Positions 13,401-27,998 of a stretch of DNA of 64,000 bases are shown piece after piece. Origin of the DNA: Paramecium tetraurelia (lineage: Eukaryota); contig CT868618.1 in assembly GCA_000165425.1 (NCBI GenBank), forward strand, positions 186,001 through 250,000, in the 5' to 3' direction. Numbering within the stretch: the first letter of the stretch is position 1; each line of letters starts with the position of its first letter. A program made the translations under genes and the position numbers. Below the pieces are notes generated by a model. That model saw only the letters and a list, made by a program, of their open reading frames with translations. It was not told where the DNA came from and did no database searches.

Positions 13401-13586
13401 TATTTTAATATTCGTAATATATATTATTTTAATTTTATACATTATATACAATAAATCTGATGAATACTGCTCACATTTTAATTAATTGTATACTATAATT
13501 TCCTAATAGGAAAAAATGAGAAAAAATTAGAGTTTAAAAATGAATATCTGAGTATAATGTAATCAATAAAATAAGAAAAACAATAA

Positions 13587-14138
<552 letters not shown>

Positions 14139-14728
14139 TTAATATTATATCTGTATTTAATTATTAGTTTAATACATTTGATACATTATGATTCTATAGT
14201 ATTCAATTTAATGCTCTCAATATTTAATGGAGAAAAACATTTAAATAATAATCTTATTACCATGTTAATATTTAATTATTTATAAAGGATTAATAAATCT
14301 TATAATTAATAATATATTTTTATTATTATTTCATTATATATAAGATATTCTGATATTCTGTTATATTCATATCTAAAGTTTAAAATAGTTAATGAAAAAT
14401 GAAAACAAATATCTTAATAACTGTATAAAAGATATAATGCTAATAACATCTATTTCAGTAATTACATCTTAGATGCAAGGAAATGATAATAATGATCGAT
14501 AACATAAAATTCTATTTACTCAATAGTTATATATAAATAAAATTTTTGACTCTTATGCAAATTAACAACAAATTAACCAAATATTTAATTTGCTTCAATC
14601 ATAGCAGCTTCTTTATTATAATGAATCTCACAAAATAATAGTTTTAGTGTGAAATTAATTCACGTCAATAAAAACTTTATTTCTAGTATATTGACATATA
14701 TTATTTAATAATTATTAGAAAATAATTA

Positions 14729-17447
14729 ATGAAATAAATATAAGAGAAGACATATAAAGAGTTTGCTGATATTAAACATCACGTTGGTACATTGCAGAGT
14801 CAATAACTCTCTGATGAAGAACTATCGCTTCTTTATGAGAGATTGAAATATCAATTTACGAATCTTAATTAGCAAGTTGCAGTTACTTAAACTCTGAAAC
14901 CAAGTAGTGAGCCATAACCAATTCATAAGAGATAAAAAATAAAAAGAGATAAACCATTGATCCAATAGTAAGGGAAATCAATAGCACTTCCAAAGATTTT
15001 GAAGCAACCATCTACAGAATAGAGACCAAAAAAAAATAAAGGGAAGCTTAAATCTGCCCATATTTATTAGGCTAATATCCTAAATAGAGAATTAAGATTA
15101 AACCCATTTTCAGATTTGCCAACAATATTGGATGATGATCTGAATAAAGGAGTTAGCAATCTAATATAATCTGGTTTGATACCAAGAGATGTGGATGTAG
15201 GTCCAGCTTTCAAGAGAGGGGAGGAATTGCTTTCTATATCGCAAGTGTAAGTTTAGAACCCTACAGAGAAAAGCAAGTATTATAACACAGGATTGTCTGA
15301 AAATCTATCTAAATATAAGGTTGCTCCATAAAAGCAGGCAGCTAAATAGATTGCAGATTATTCATCTTCTTTTGTTGAGAGGCAATCTGTTCCAAGAGAA
15401 AAATTACAGTAAACCAAAATTGTAAGAAAAGCAAAGTACATAATAGAAATCAAGAATGGGCATTATGTACCAGACTTTCACTATCAGATCAGAAATCTCA
15501 TGATTTGGGGAGGAATCATGCACATAATAAAGAAATTAGAGAAGATTGCATCGGGATAGTTGGATGGTGATAGGATAGCATAATTGGCTTAATCTTAATT
15601 CAAGGTTCATTTGATTGAGTTGTATGAGTGCTACATTTCCAGACCGATAATGGAGAGATTATACATTATAAATAAGAAACAGTTCTCAGCTGATAGTGCC
15701 ATAGTGAAAATCTAGGCAACAGTGAGAATGTTTGTTGCATCTAGAAAGTACAGACATCAAAAAAGGATTGTTTAAAAGGTTATTAGAATTTAAAAGGAGT
15801 TCAGATTAAAATAGACATATGTTTATACAATCAATTAAATCAAGAAGAATATGGGATAATTAATTAGTACATTAAAAAATAGATAGTAGCAATTCTTATT
15901 GGAGGATTTAAACTAAAAGAGAATAGAAATTCACATTCCCTCGTATTCCATTAAAGAATTCTAAAGATTATCCATGAGTCATTTCAAAAGTAGAGAAGGT
16001 TTGCAATTGACAAGACTATTTGCTTTGAAGGATCCTAATTTAAGTATAATATTTGTGTGTTCACCTTTGCAAGAGGAAATTATGGCATATTTCTATAAAT
16101 TATTAGAAGTTGCAGGTATAAACCCTGAAGGCAGATTATTCTTTATTCATCCAGAAAATATTAATAGATTCCCATAACATTACTCATTGGCATTGTTATT
16201 ATACTTGTCTCCAAAAGCCATTCATTAAATATCCGAATTGATCAAAGGATAGTTATCGTACATAGTGCCAATGAGAGTGGGAAAAGAAGAGTTCTTGATT
16301 GCTGAATATCTAAAAACAAATATATATTCTGGTCCATATGAGTTAATAGAGAAATACTCTAAAAAGTCTGAAGCGATTGAACTGTTTCGATAATTATCAT
16401 TTCCTGTGGCTCCAGAGTATCATAAATTTGTTAGCAAAGACGATTTTGTGGATAAATTAACTGTGTTGATTATGAAAAATCTAACAGTATAAAAATGGAT
16501 GTTTAAAATAGACATTGAATTTAATGGAAGAGGAACAGCATGGTTTAGTTTAGAAGGAGTAAAACAGTTTATTGAAATCAAAAAGTTTCCGCATAGCATT
16601 GAATTTAAGGTGCTCAGAGAATTAGTTTAAACTGTAAATTAATTAATTGTAAATATTTAGTTATTGCCAATAAAAACTGTACTCGCATTTCCTTAGATGT
16701 TCACTTTTGAGGAATACTTGGACAATTTTATTAGAAATGGTGGAATAGTGGAGGCTTATCCAAATGCATCGAAAGTGTAAACGATAAACATCTAAGTGAA
16801 TCTTGAGAATTAGGGAACGTATTAGATAATGAACACATCTACAAGCATCATAATAAAAGAGTAACTATAATGCATGAGTATTCATTAGAATGTCTAAAGT
16901 GGGTTGCATATATCCTTAGAATGTGCTTAATTTGAATGTGGATTCTCTAATTTAACCATTAGTTGAGGAACTATATAAACAGAACATATTTGGTTATTTT
17001 ACACTCTCTTTGTTATCCTTTAATGGAGCCTTCTATACTAAATCATTGAAATTCGGATTGGACGAATATATAGGGGCAACAGTATTGGCAACAGCTATGG
17101 ACACTGATCAGTTCACATATATACCTTTTGTTTATCATCCAGGAATAGCAGAATAGAAATTTAATGATTTATTTATAAAGTGTAGGAAGGAGGGAATATC
17201 CTTTGATATCGAGAAGAAGGTGGGAACATTGATATGGCTATCGGATTAGATCGAAAAAGGAGTGTTGTCATTGTTATGTTTGGGTGCACCTAAGAAGGCT
17301 GTAAAGTTGACTACGGATGCTTTGAATTTCCTGTAATAATTTGGTGGGAATATAATGAAAACTAATAGTCATTAGAAACAGGACACATTTTACTTTATAG
17401 ATATAGTTAGTAGATTAAGATAATTAAATAGTGAAGCTTAACAATGA
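14729..17447 (+). CDS. IQCH: IQ motif-containing protein H homolog
   Basis: IQ motifs (VKIQATVRMFVASRKY; IRIQKEFR), KRIEIHIPSYS...QLTRLFALKDPNLSIIFV, HYSLALLLYLSPKAI and WMFKIDIEFNGRGTAW match IQCH segments. Confidence 0.75.
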
Positions 17448-17458
17448 TATTTATATTG

Positions 17459-18101
17459 TCATGATTATAATTCTAATGTTACTCCTTGTAAAGTTTTCTC
17501 TAACTAAACGACCCGATTTGTTAATTATTATTACTTGTTTTCCATATTCATTTTAGCTTTCATCAACAACAAATACTCTTTGGTCAATCTGTATTGCTCT
17601 TCCATAAAGAGAACATTGTCCTCCTTGATCTGTCGATACTTCTTATTGAGATTATCTCTGAAATTCATTTCAATGTTTTTCAAATCCTACACATGTCTTG
17701 AATTGATTGAAGACATCTCCAATCTAATTTAATTGGCCTGGTCTCTCAATTAAGCAATATTCTTCCGACTTTCAGCAATATAACTCTGGATTAAAATGGC
17801 ATTACATTAACATGTTGTGTAGGATGATTACAACTCTCCAAGAAATGAATTTGAGAGTTCTGATTCTAGTGATCATCCACATTGAAACCATATCTAAAAT
17901 TATTCACAATAGGTGTTTGACTATGGATGGTTGTAAGTCTGAAATCACTCAAACCTGTCGATCTGAATCTATTCAATTTGTGTTAAGTAGTTTTGACAAC
18001 TCGTTATGTATGAAAAGGAGTGCCTTAAATATATGTTTTTTGATACTAGAATCTTGGGATTTAAAATATAACAGTTGTCTAATGTTGATTTCAGAACTCA
18101 T
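17459..18101 (-). CDS. Hypothetical coiled-coil protein
   Basis: ATG at 18101, two short introns restore the frame, heptad-rich C-terminal half. TGA lies 11 nt from the convergent IQCH stop. Confidence 0.55.
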
Positions 18102-18136
18102 TGATTTTTTATTTAATTAAGTAATTATTCAATAAA

Positions 18137-19590
18137 TTTTAGGTAATATTAACATCAATGTTTAGCCATGAATTTATCATTCATCCATATCCCTTCAACA
18201 CTATGACTCTAATAATAATAGATCCCACTTCCACAAACACCATCATCAACGAATCTACCCCTAAAATAGTTTTGATTTTTAAATCTCAACTCTCCCTTCC
18301 CCTATTTCATCCCTTAAGCAACCTACCCCTTAAAGTATTCCCAATCAGATAAATCCACATGAGTTTTGTCATCTTAAGCATCTTCTCTCCACATTTCTAT
18401 GTCATCCCCTTCAGGATAATTATTCAGGAATGTTCCTTATATCAAATTATTCCCATCCTTAGAGAAGAAGAAGATCCCTCTACCCTCTCTTTTTTTTTTT
18501 TCGCATTATATAAACCAACATAGTAGCAGCCATTTGTATATGGTAAATGGCCTTACAAAATTTCGATTTTTGCAGGTTTTGGCAATTCTAAAACTTTATT
18601 CTTAGGAGTCCTAATATCTATAATGGATTCTGTCGCATCAGGAGATTAGGCAGTTTTTAAGATCTATTTATTGTACACCACCATCACTGTCTTTAGTTCA
18701 GGCAATTTGTAAGCCTTGGTGTAATTACTGACTGATATTGATAATTGAATTGGGTCTGGTCTACCATACTTATCCATTTCTAATATTGATCGAAGCAATC
18801 TGTCAAAATAGAGAGGAGAGGCAATTTGATATCATCTAATAATTCAAAATCAAATCCCTCTTGTTTATAAAGAATTTCAGTCTTCTTGAATCCCAAAGAA
18901 TATACACAAACTAATCCTAATATATCTGATTTGAAAAGATCATGTTCTGGATGAGTCTTATAAAGTGATAAGCATTTTAATCTCTAATTTTTTAAATTCT
19001 CTTTGTTAATCATATCTTATAATTATTATCAAATTAGTGTAATTTTAAAATAATTCTAAACGTATACTGTAATAAAATATTGGACTGCAAAAGTTCTTCA
19101 TTATTTAATTATGAAATAGAAAAGGATCCTCTAATTTATATACATACAATTATTCAATTGTATAGACTCTAAAGATTCCCTTTGGATTTATATTATTGTA
19201 GTGCTGCTTCTATTATTACAATTTGGCTAAAGCTGCAGATACATATCCTAACATAGACCAGACTTCAGGAACTGTTAATTTAGTTGAAACAAAGTCATCT
19301 AATCTAATTGAAAATCAAAGAACATATTAATAGATATGAAATAGCTATCATATTTATGAATCACTTTGTTAAATGGATCCTATTCACGTTTAACTAAATA
19401 TTCTAATTAATCTCTAATTCTGAAATAAATATCATAGAGTTTGGCTCTAACCAATTTAAACTGTGGATCTCCTGTATGCTCATACACTTCCATTTAACTA
19501 AATTTTAAGGGCTTCATTCCTATATGGATAAGGAGGTCTGAAATCCTCTGTAAAGGCAGCAACATCAGCACTTGTACACGCTTATCCCAT
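18137..19590 (-). pseudogene. Frameshifted myristoylated pseudokinase/MORN-repeat gene
   Basis: Begins MGQAC. Kinase-like segments (VPEVWSMLGYV, HDLFKSDI) and MORN-like repeats (YFRGRFVDDG, VEGIWMNDKF) lie in different frames with no compensating introns. Confidence 0.55.
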
Positions 19591-20042
19591 TTTAGAATAT
19601 AATTTATTATTATATTATAATAATATTAACTCAATAATATATTTATTATGCATCTAATATAAAATGAAACTGATTATAATTCATGTTTCTATGAATACGC
19701 TTAATTTGAAATTTTATCTCATCTCATTTGATGACACTAATCTCTCATATCACAAAATCTCCTTCTTTATTAAATTCATTTTTTTCATCCAATAACTATA
19801 TTTTCATACGTAAGTGTAATCTATATTCTATCAATAAAAATGCTTAATGCCAAAATTCTTTGAAATGATATGGATCCTTTTTCAGCTATCTCACTTCTTA
19901 TTCTATTTATTAAATTAGCTAATATGATATCAATTTCTTTACCAAAAAATGAGGAGAATTGTTAATTAAATTTCATTATAAAAAAAAATAATCTTCTATT
20001 ATATTAATATTTAAATTTTCTAACGTATCATAGTTTCTTGAT

Positions 20043-20860
20043 ATGGGAGAAGTTCTTAGGATTTTTGATACCCTTATATATCTATTGACGATATCGAAGA
20101 TGCCAATTATGCTAAACTATCTTTGAATTAAATATATAATTAATTGCGTACTTCTTTACGAAAATACGACTAAAAGATAATAGAATTAGGGTTACCTTAA
20201 TATTCTAAAAGTTTGATTGAATTCTTCCTCATGAGGGTCCTCAGATTAAGATAGTAATCCACTGAAAGTGCGAATATTCATCAACTTCCTCTTGTAGACT
20301 GTGATTCTTTCTAAAAATTTGACTACCTTAAGCTAGTCTCCCAGTATTTAATGACAAAGAGCTGGATTTTTTGAAGCAAAAGTGATTATAGCCTTACAAT
20401 AGTTCTTGGGAATGTTTTTTGTGTCCTTCTGTTCTTGATTTAACATTCCTTTTCGTTTGTGGATACCTAGTTTAATGGACACACATTATTAAGTATTCAA
20501 TCTAGGCACAAACTGTTACATATGTAATTATTCTTAGCAATCATTCCTGTCAGGGGTATTGGCAACATCAATTTTATGTCCACCTAAGTGTACCTACCTA
20601 TTTAATAGAGATAATACCAAAAACTCATTGTATTAATACTAAAGTACGAATGGATATGATGGAATGCCAAGATTTTGAGAGCGATGTTAAGCCAATTAGA
20701 GGATATGCAGAGCTTGTAAGAATTTACTTACAGCTTTTAAATAAGCTTATTAAAAGGATTGATTTTCTTCTTTATCCTTTCTTTTATTTAGGTTATAAGG
20801 CTCTGTTTTAGAGGTACTAACTGGAGTTTAGACATTTTGCTCCTCCTCCTTTACTATACA
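20043..20860 (+). pseudogene. Degraded coding-like region, product unrecognised
   Basis: Coding-like GC level with open stretches broken by TGA codons and frame changes. Confidence 0.3.
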
Positions 20861-21176
20861 ATTCCTCATTGTACAAATCTTTTTTATTATATACTATACA
20901 AATCTTTTTTATAATATACTAACACCTTTTTTATAAATAGAAATTGCTTCTTTAAAATAGAATGTATCCTAAAAAGATTGAATATATAATAATAATTTAT
21001 TAAATATTCAATTGAAGACACATTGTTTACACTCCTCATCGATTCTATAACATCAGCAGTAGATCTAAAATAATATAAGTTACTTAAAAATAAGGCACTT
21101 ATTATGCTAATAATATATAAAAGAGAGCAAGAATTCTGACTTCATTTTATATATTATTAATTTATTATTATTATTA

Positions 21177-22539
21177 ATGGAACAATACTCACAAGAAAAC
21201 CCACTGTTTGATCTGCTATACATTTTAAGAGGAGGAATTCCTTCTCATCCCTACTTATTTCATCATATCTTTCAATACTTTGACAAGGATCAAAAATTAG
21301 CCATAAAACTCTGCAGAATATTGATGAACTATCAAGATTGTAATCAGAAAAACCAAAATGGATTCACACCGCTCCAAATTGCTGTTATTTACAATCAAAT
21401 AGGCGCTATAAGATATGCATAAAAAGAGGGTCGATTCGATTTCAATGATGAAACGTTAATGTAATTAGCAATCACTTATGTTTAACTTGAAATAGTCGAA
21501 ATTCTATTATTGGTAAGAATATTGTCCATAATGTTAGGAAGAAGGCTTATCAGTAATTGAAACAAATTACAAAAAATTGAATACTTAATCCTCAACCTAT
21601 TTAAAAATCCTAAAAAGGTTAGAGAAAATAGAAATTCAAAAGGTGTTGGGAGAGGATACATCTGAGTATTAAGAAATTGTAGTTAATGAAGTTCCTTAAT
21701 TCCCAATTGCCAAAACTCCAGGTAAAATTATGTCGGATAATGTTAATGAATGTCTCATCTCATCTGCCTAGTGTATATAAACATTAGAAGACATCAACCA
21801 CGATAATATTTAATAGCTGAAAATTAAAAAAAGCAACCTATGCACTTAAAGTTCTTGCCAAGAACATCAAATTTAAAAATAGAACAACAATTAAATCAAA
21901 GAACAATAAGAAAATCGAATCTCCTATTAGAATTTATTTAGATGCGAAATCGTCGTTGACTAATTACTTTCTGCGATATTCTAATTTAAATATGTAATAA
22001 AATATGCATAATTAAGAGCCATAATTAGATTATGCGATCTTATTGTTTCTAACTTAAAACAAATCGGATTTCTACTACACGAATTTGGATAGCTTGATTG
22101 AATAAGAATTAATGGTATTCCCTAATAATTACTAATTTTCATATTCAAACTTCGATTAAACTTAGAAGATTGATAATTATTACAAAAAAGTAACGAAAGA
22201 AATTTCATAAATCGTTCATGAATATAAGTAGGTAATTTTATTTAATATCAAAAGTAACTAAAAAAAAAGCAGCATCACTTTGACAATCTAAAGGCTTTGC
22301 TCTCCTATAAACTAAAATATGATATTTCATATCAAGGCCCAGGTGGGGACTTGCTCATGAAATTCTAAAATTCACTCCAAATTTATAGAGGTCTCTTTTA
22401 TATTCTCCATAAACCTTGCATGAATGTCAATTGCACTTTTTTCACTCTAGAATAATTTGAATTAGTAAATAAATTAGAGTTCAGAAATTCATTCTAATAA
22501 CTTACTACTAACCAGACCCTATAAACAACCAATTAATGA
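21177..22539 (+). CDS. Ankyrin-repeat protein
   Basis: NQKNQNGFTPLQIAVIYNQIGAIRY ankyrin motif and a second degenerate repeat. Short introns; TGA at 22537-22539. Confidence 0.7.
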
Positions 22540-22837
22540 TTAAATATATATATATAATGAATTAAACTACTTTATCATAATAAGTGAATTCATTAAATTT
22601 TTATATAAAATAATTTTTTCGTACCACATTTTTTATTATTAATACATTATATATATTAAATTATAATGAAATAAATTTAAAAGTAAAAAAATATATCCTC
22701 TATAAATCTGATATATAAATTGAACTTATGTAAAATCTTATTTGAACATAAAGAAACCGTTAACTCAGACAGATTGAACTGAACAGAGTTTGATTGCTAA
22801 ACACCAGGATAGAATATATTGTATATATATTAATAGA

Positions 22838-23986
22838 TCAAACCAACACATAATAGCTAACGATAATAGGGACTCCATGCAATAAACTAAACCAAAAGTA
22901 AATCAACCCTATCCTTGTGTTCTTTAGGAATCTCAATGCCATCATAACTGGAACTTGTAACAACATGATGAAAGTCATAAAAGGAGTGAATTATCGTAAA
23001 GCTGCTATCAATATTATCTCATGAAGCAAGGCTGAAAATGCAAAGGTAAGTACTTTTGACCATACTCGAGGTACTTTCCATTCTTACAATTACAAATATA
23101 CATGTGTATGCAAAAATGCATATACTACTGTATTCCATTTTGCATTGAATTCTTCAAAGGTTGTTGCATTCCACCTAATATTAAATGATATTTAATACCA
23201 ATCATGATAGAATTCCCTATCCCCAAAATATGTGATTTCCGCCAATAAATTTAATATGTTTTCAAAGGTTAGGAAGAAAAGAACTATCCAAAATGCAGTC
23301 AAGGGAAATAACAGCAATATTGTTTGTAGAATCTAATCAGAAGTTCCTATTATTGAAGGCTCAATGTGCTTAGCTATTATTACAGCACCAAGAATATCAA
23401 AATACGCTATATTAAATAGCTTTGCAAAACAATAAACTAATCTGATCTTCTTTGTTTTTGGATAATCGTGATAGAATACCAATGCAGGAGTAATCATATA
23501 AATAAAGAATTCCCACAGACCTATTGGTTTTTTACAATGTTTAAGATAAGAAACTTCCTTCATAAATCCAATGCAAGCCATGGCACCAACAAAAGCTCCA
23601 GGTATAAAGCCCAGTTAATATTTAATTGTAAACCATGGAAATATCACAAATGGAAGAGAAATGAACAATGTTAGCAACATCTTCTTACCATATAAATGTG
23701 AAAAGTAAACTGTGTATGGATAGGTGAATGACTTATATAAGTTAGTATTATTTACATAAATAGCCCAGATTATCATTAGAATGCCATCTCTCTTTACGGC
23801 TTAGATAGTTGGCGAATTAGCTAGTATAGTCCCTAACTAATTAAAATAGATAAGCTCAAGTAAGTAATAGATTCCCAACATATGTGCATAATAATAGAAT
23901 CCATGCATTTTGGACTTAGACAACACTGAGTGATCATCCATATCATCTAATTATGATACACGATGTTGGTAGGTATAAGGTTTCAT
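22838..23986 (-). CDS. MBOAT-family sterol/diacylglycerol O-acyltransferase (SOAT/DGAT1-like)
   Basis: FYHDWWNATTFEEFNAKWN (FYxDWWN), PALVFYHDYPKT and FSALLHEII (catalytic His); multiple transmembrane segments. Confidence 0.9.
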
Positions 23987-24004
23987 AATGATAATAAATT
24001 TATT

Positions 24005-24514
24005 TCATGAAATTTTTTTGAAATCTGAATCAAAAAATGTTCCAGGTAAAACTGCTTTTATGTGTCTCCCTGTTGTTACTAATTTCATGTTGTGTTCCTC
24101 GTAAATATCGCAGACTGAATAGGCTACATTTCTGCCTACTTTTTGACAAACTGCATGCACTAACAAAGAATCATTTAATTTTGCAGGACTTATAAATGAT
24201 AAACCCAATTCAATACTAAAAAATGTCAAAATGTAATACCTCACTGTCCTTGAGAGATTTTTATCTCCTCTTAAAATAGCGATAGTTGTTGCACAATCTA
24301 AAATAGTAGCTAATGCTCCTCCATGAACTGACCCATTCATATTCATTATGGTTTATGGTACCTTATATCTCAAAACCAAATGGTTTGAATTTCTTTCTAA
24401 TGCGTGTCCTGGAAGGAATTAAAATGCTGAATAGAAGTGTTCTGCAAATGTATTTTTCAGAATGGGAATTTAGACAAATCTCTTGAAGATATCTCCAAAT
24501 TCTTTATGTACCAT
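24005..24514 (-). CDS. Acyl-CoA thioesterase, PaaI/ACOT13 hot-dog family
   Basis: NMNGSVHGGALATILDCATT and VSIELGLSFISPA after removing the 24-nt intron 24216-24239. Confidence 0.9.
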
Positions 24515-24540
24515 TTTATGAAAATAAAAAATTATTATTT

Positions 24541-25570
24541 TCATAAAGTCAGTCAATCTCCACTTGTTAAATAGAATATTAGTTAATCATGCTTTCTTAA
24601 TTGGAGTTTGCTTTCTCTATCACTTACAAGACCTACTTTGTTCAATTCTGTCACTACCTCTTATCCTTGTTAAACAACTTCAATAGGAATTCCTAAAAGC
24701 TCATTTCTGAATGATCCTAAGATGTTCATTGTGCTATAGCATACCTATTTCACATGCCTCATAAACAAATTAATATGCCACAGTATCCACTCCAGCACAT
24801 CTGCAATCTATCAAATGCAAATGTGGATGAACTAGATAATCATTCAACTTAGGTTTCTATTTTGCATAATCAATACCCACCCAATCAAAGAACAGACTTT
24901 AGATTGGACAAATGCATTCTTTCGATTATTCAATAGAAGGCTCTTCAAATTCAATTGTGTCTGGATCAATGAATGTCATTTTGTTATAAAAATTGATTGC
25001 TATCTTAACACAATCTCCACTCAAAATTGGTTGCATGTTCATTACTTGAGTTACACTCTCGAAATTGTGTTTGGTCTATTCTCTGGCAATCCAAATAACT
25101 CTCTTTGAATTCTGCGGTAACACATCAAATTTATACTAACTTCTGTACTTGTGATTATATTTGAAGGCAATAGTAATGCATTTCCCATTGAACCCACTCA
25201 TGACTTCCGAGATTATGGTTCTATCCCATCTAAATAATTTCTTAGTTTTAGTACTGTCCACCCAAAAGCTTGTCTATAAGAAATCGCTATTCTTAAATGA
25301 AAGGATATGCAAATGTGCTTTGATAAATCGATTATCTAAATCCTCAAGCCATTCTTTCAACGTCTGGTGAAATCCTACATACCATTGTCCTGAAACCAGA
25401 ATCAGTTGTGTAAAATCTGCAATCAAGAACCCAAGAATATTTCGACGTATTCTATCCTAGCCTTATTTAATAAAGAGAAATCGAGTAAGCACATCAGTAG
25501 CCTCTTATTGTTGAAGAACTCTAGCCATCATTTTGGGGATCGTGGCCTTTTTGCTTTCCTTTCGCTGCAT
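24541..25570 (-). CDS. Hypothetical protein
   Basis: Long TGA-free frame from ATG 25570 ([15 protein letters not shown]...) to TGA 24541. Confidence 0.65.
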
Positions 25571-25807
25571 TTTATATATTATATATATAAATCATTTTAA
25601 ACCATAATTATGTACTTCGAGCACAATTTCAGTACAATTCTTGATACTTTTGAGTCCCAATTCAACTCATGATACTCTTTATGACTTTATATCAAATTCT
25701 CAACTTGCAGTATTTCTTCAAAGTAATTGAGATAATAGTTTATAAACACAAAATTATTATAAATTGCCTATAACACCCATTCAATAAATTTATTCATATT
25801 TATTAAT

Positions 25808-26982
25808 ATGTAAAAAACGATTTTAGCTTTGCTGATTGTTATGTGCACAGCACTCCAAGTGCAAGAGTTACAATAGGCCAACAAATAATTCGATAAGCTA
25901 TCTTAAGACTCTCCTGTGGGAAAATTCTTAATGGATTTGGCTTAGATTCATGCTGAAGTGCAAGGACCATTGGATGATTTAAAAGAAACAATTGAAAAAT
26001 TTTATGAGAATTTGCAAGACAGTCTCTCTCAATTAGATGGTGAATTTCAATCTAAATAAGCAATTCATTTGAAGTAGTTTAAATTAATAGAATAGGGTTC
26101 TTCAAAATTATGAATCCAATTAATAAGATGCTTAAATCGACATAGCTTAATCGCAAGATCAATTAGATAATGTATTGTCAAGAAACAAGGAAAACATTGA
26201 GAAGAGATTGAAATAGATCCAATAAAACATCAATGACAATAGATCAAATATTCAAAGAGACAAATTATAAAGAAATCAGTAAAAGGATTAAAATGTCGAG
26301 CACATCCATGAGCATCAATAGGCAACCACATCAATCGACGAAGCATTGTCTCTGGTGTAAGGTTTGAGCAGTGGAAACATTGCCTTTGTTGAAGCCCCAA
26401 TGAAAAAGACTCTGGATTATATTAAATAGAAAGTAAACTCAAGAGAGGAATATGCTCCATTAGTAGATGCATTGATCAGTTTGTCTGGAACTTAGGATAC
26501 AAAATAAATTAAAGAATTGTTGAATAAATTGAGAAATTAGATTGTTGATTCTATGATTCAATTGACAGGAGATGAAAATGATGCTTAGAAAATGTTTGAG
26601 GATCGTTAAAAGTAATTGGATTCAGAGTTCTCAGTAATTTGCATTTTAAATTTGATAGGAATTCTAAAATCAAGTGAATTAGGCAACCTATGATTTGGCA
26701 TCTATCTCAGCTAGAATTGATTAGGAAAAGGAATTCACAAAGCAGAGACAAAGTGATTTGGACATGTACAATAGCTAAATTGGTATTTAATGTGTTAATT
26801 TAAGAAATGGAGAACAACAATTTCGCTGCAATTACTGGATTATACAATGAGATTAGGTCTGTGAGATTGAAGGAGTTAAAGATTGCTGAAGATGCTAAAA
26901 AGTATGGAATTAATTCATTATATTAAGTTTCGCTTATTCATCACAATTTAGAGAGTTGTTGCAATCAAAATTGAACAAATGA
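25808..26982 (+). CDS. Trichocyst matrix protein (TMP/GRL-family) precursor-like
   Basis: Signal peptide MQKTILALLIVMCTA, then SPVGKFLMDLAQIHAEVQGPLDDLK and heptad segments, about 370 aa, resembling dense-core granule lattice proproteins. Three short introns near the 3' end. Confidence 0.7.
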
Positions 26983-27011
26983 AATTTATATATATATTGA
27001 TATATAATAAA

Positions 27012-27893
27012 TCATATTAATGATGGTTTTGGTTCAGTATTGTATTGCTAGGGGGATTGAATTAGATGTATCGATCTAGATGGTGTTCTAGTTATAATTT
27101 ATTTCTTTGATGAGGTTGGCGTTTGAGGAGTGTCACAGATGGCTTCATCATATAATTTAGACAGTTCTTCAAATTGTGATTTTAAGTTCTATTGTTTGAC
27201 ACGAATCTTTTCAAATAAATTGGGTGAATGAGCAATCTAAGAGCTATTGTTCGATAGACTGATTTATTTATGCAAAGTCTTAATAGATTCTGTTTGATCA
27301 TCTATAATCTATTACAAATTGTAGGTTCTTATTTCATATTAATCTTTGAGATCCTTCAATTGCTTATCTTTATGATCAATCATCTTCTGTTGCTCCTTAG
27401 TGTAGGCTTCGAATTATGATAATCTGGATATAGTTTTATCCTTTTCATCTAATTACTCACGCAATTCATCGATTTCAACTTTTTAACAGACCTGCAATTT
27501 CTATAAAGCCATCTAGAGTTCTTCAATGTCTTTTTATTATTTAGCATTTTACTACTGAAGCGTTTCGATTTCTTGATCTTTTTTGAGGCTTTCTTTGTTA
27601 TCAGGAATGAAATGAGATTGTTACAATTAAGAGAATAGGGAGTGCTGACTTTCATTGACTTCTTCGATTTTACCGAGATTCGACCTCTCGAATTGGCTCA
27701 TTGAATAAGTAAGTTGGCTATTTTGTACAGCTGATGTATTGTAAGAGACCGTCTCTTCATCAGGTATTACACTGTTGATCTTCTTCTGTAATTGAGAATA
27801 AGTCATGAAGTCTCCTTTTTTGATTGGAGATGTATCAGTTATTTTGGTTGGATGCTACTCTTCTATTTCCTCTTCAGAATTAACTTCACTCAT
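27012..27893 (-). CDS. Hypothetical coiled-coil protein
   Basis: ATG 27893 (MSEVNSEEEIEE), K/E/Q-rich frame, TGA 27012. Confidence 0.6.
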
Positions 27894-27998
27894 TAATAAA
27901 TTTTATTTTCTTATTTCATTAAGTTTAATTTCTTAAGACAGAATACAATTAAGATTATCTTATTTATTTACGTTAAATATAAATTATAAAATCACCCC

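Noticed and set aside
19680..19980. Short minus-strand ORF with an out-of-frame RFCD reminiscent of TFIIA-gamma
   Set aside because: A four-residue match in a broken frame is not supportable.
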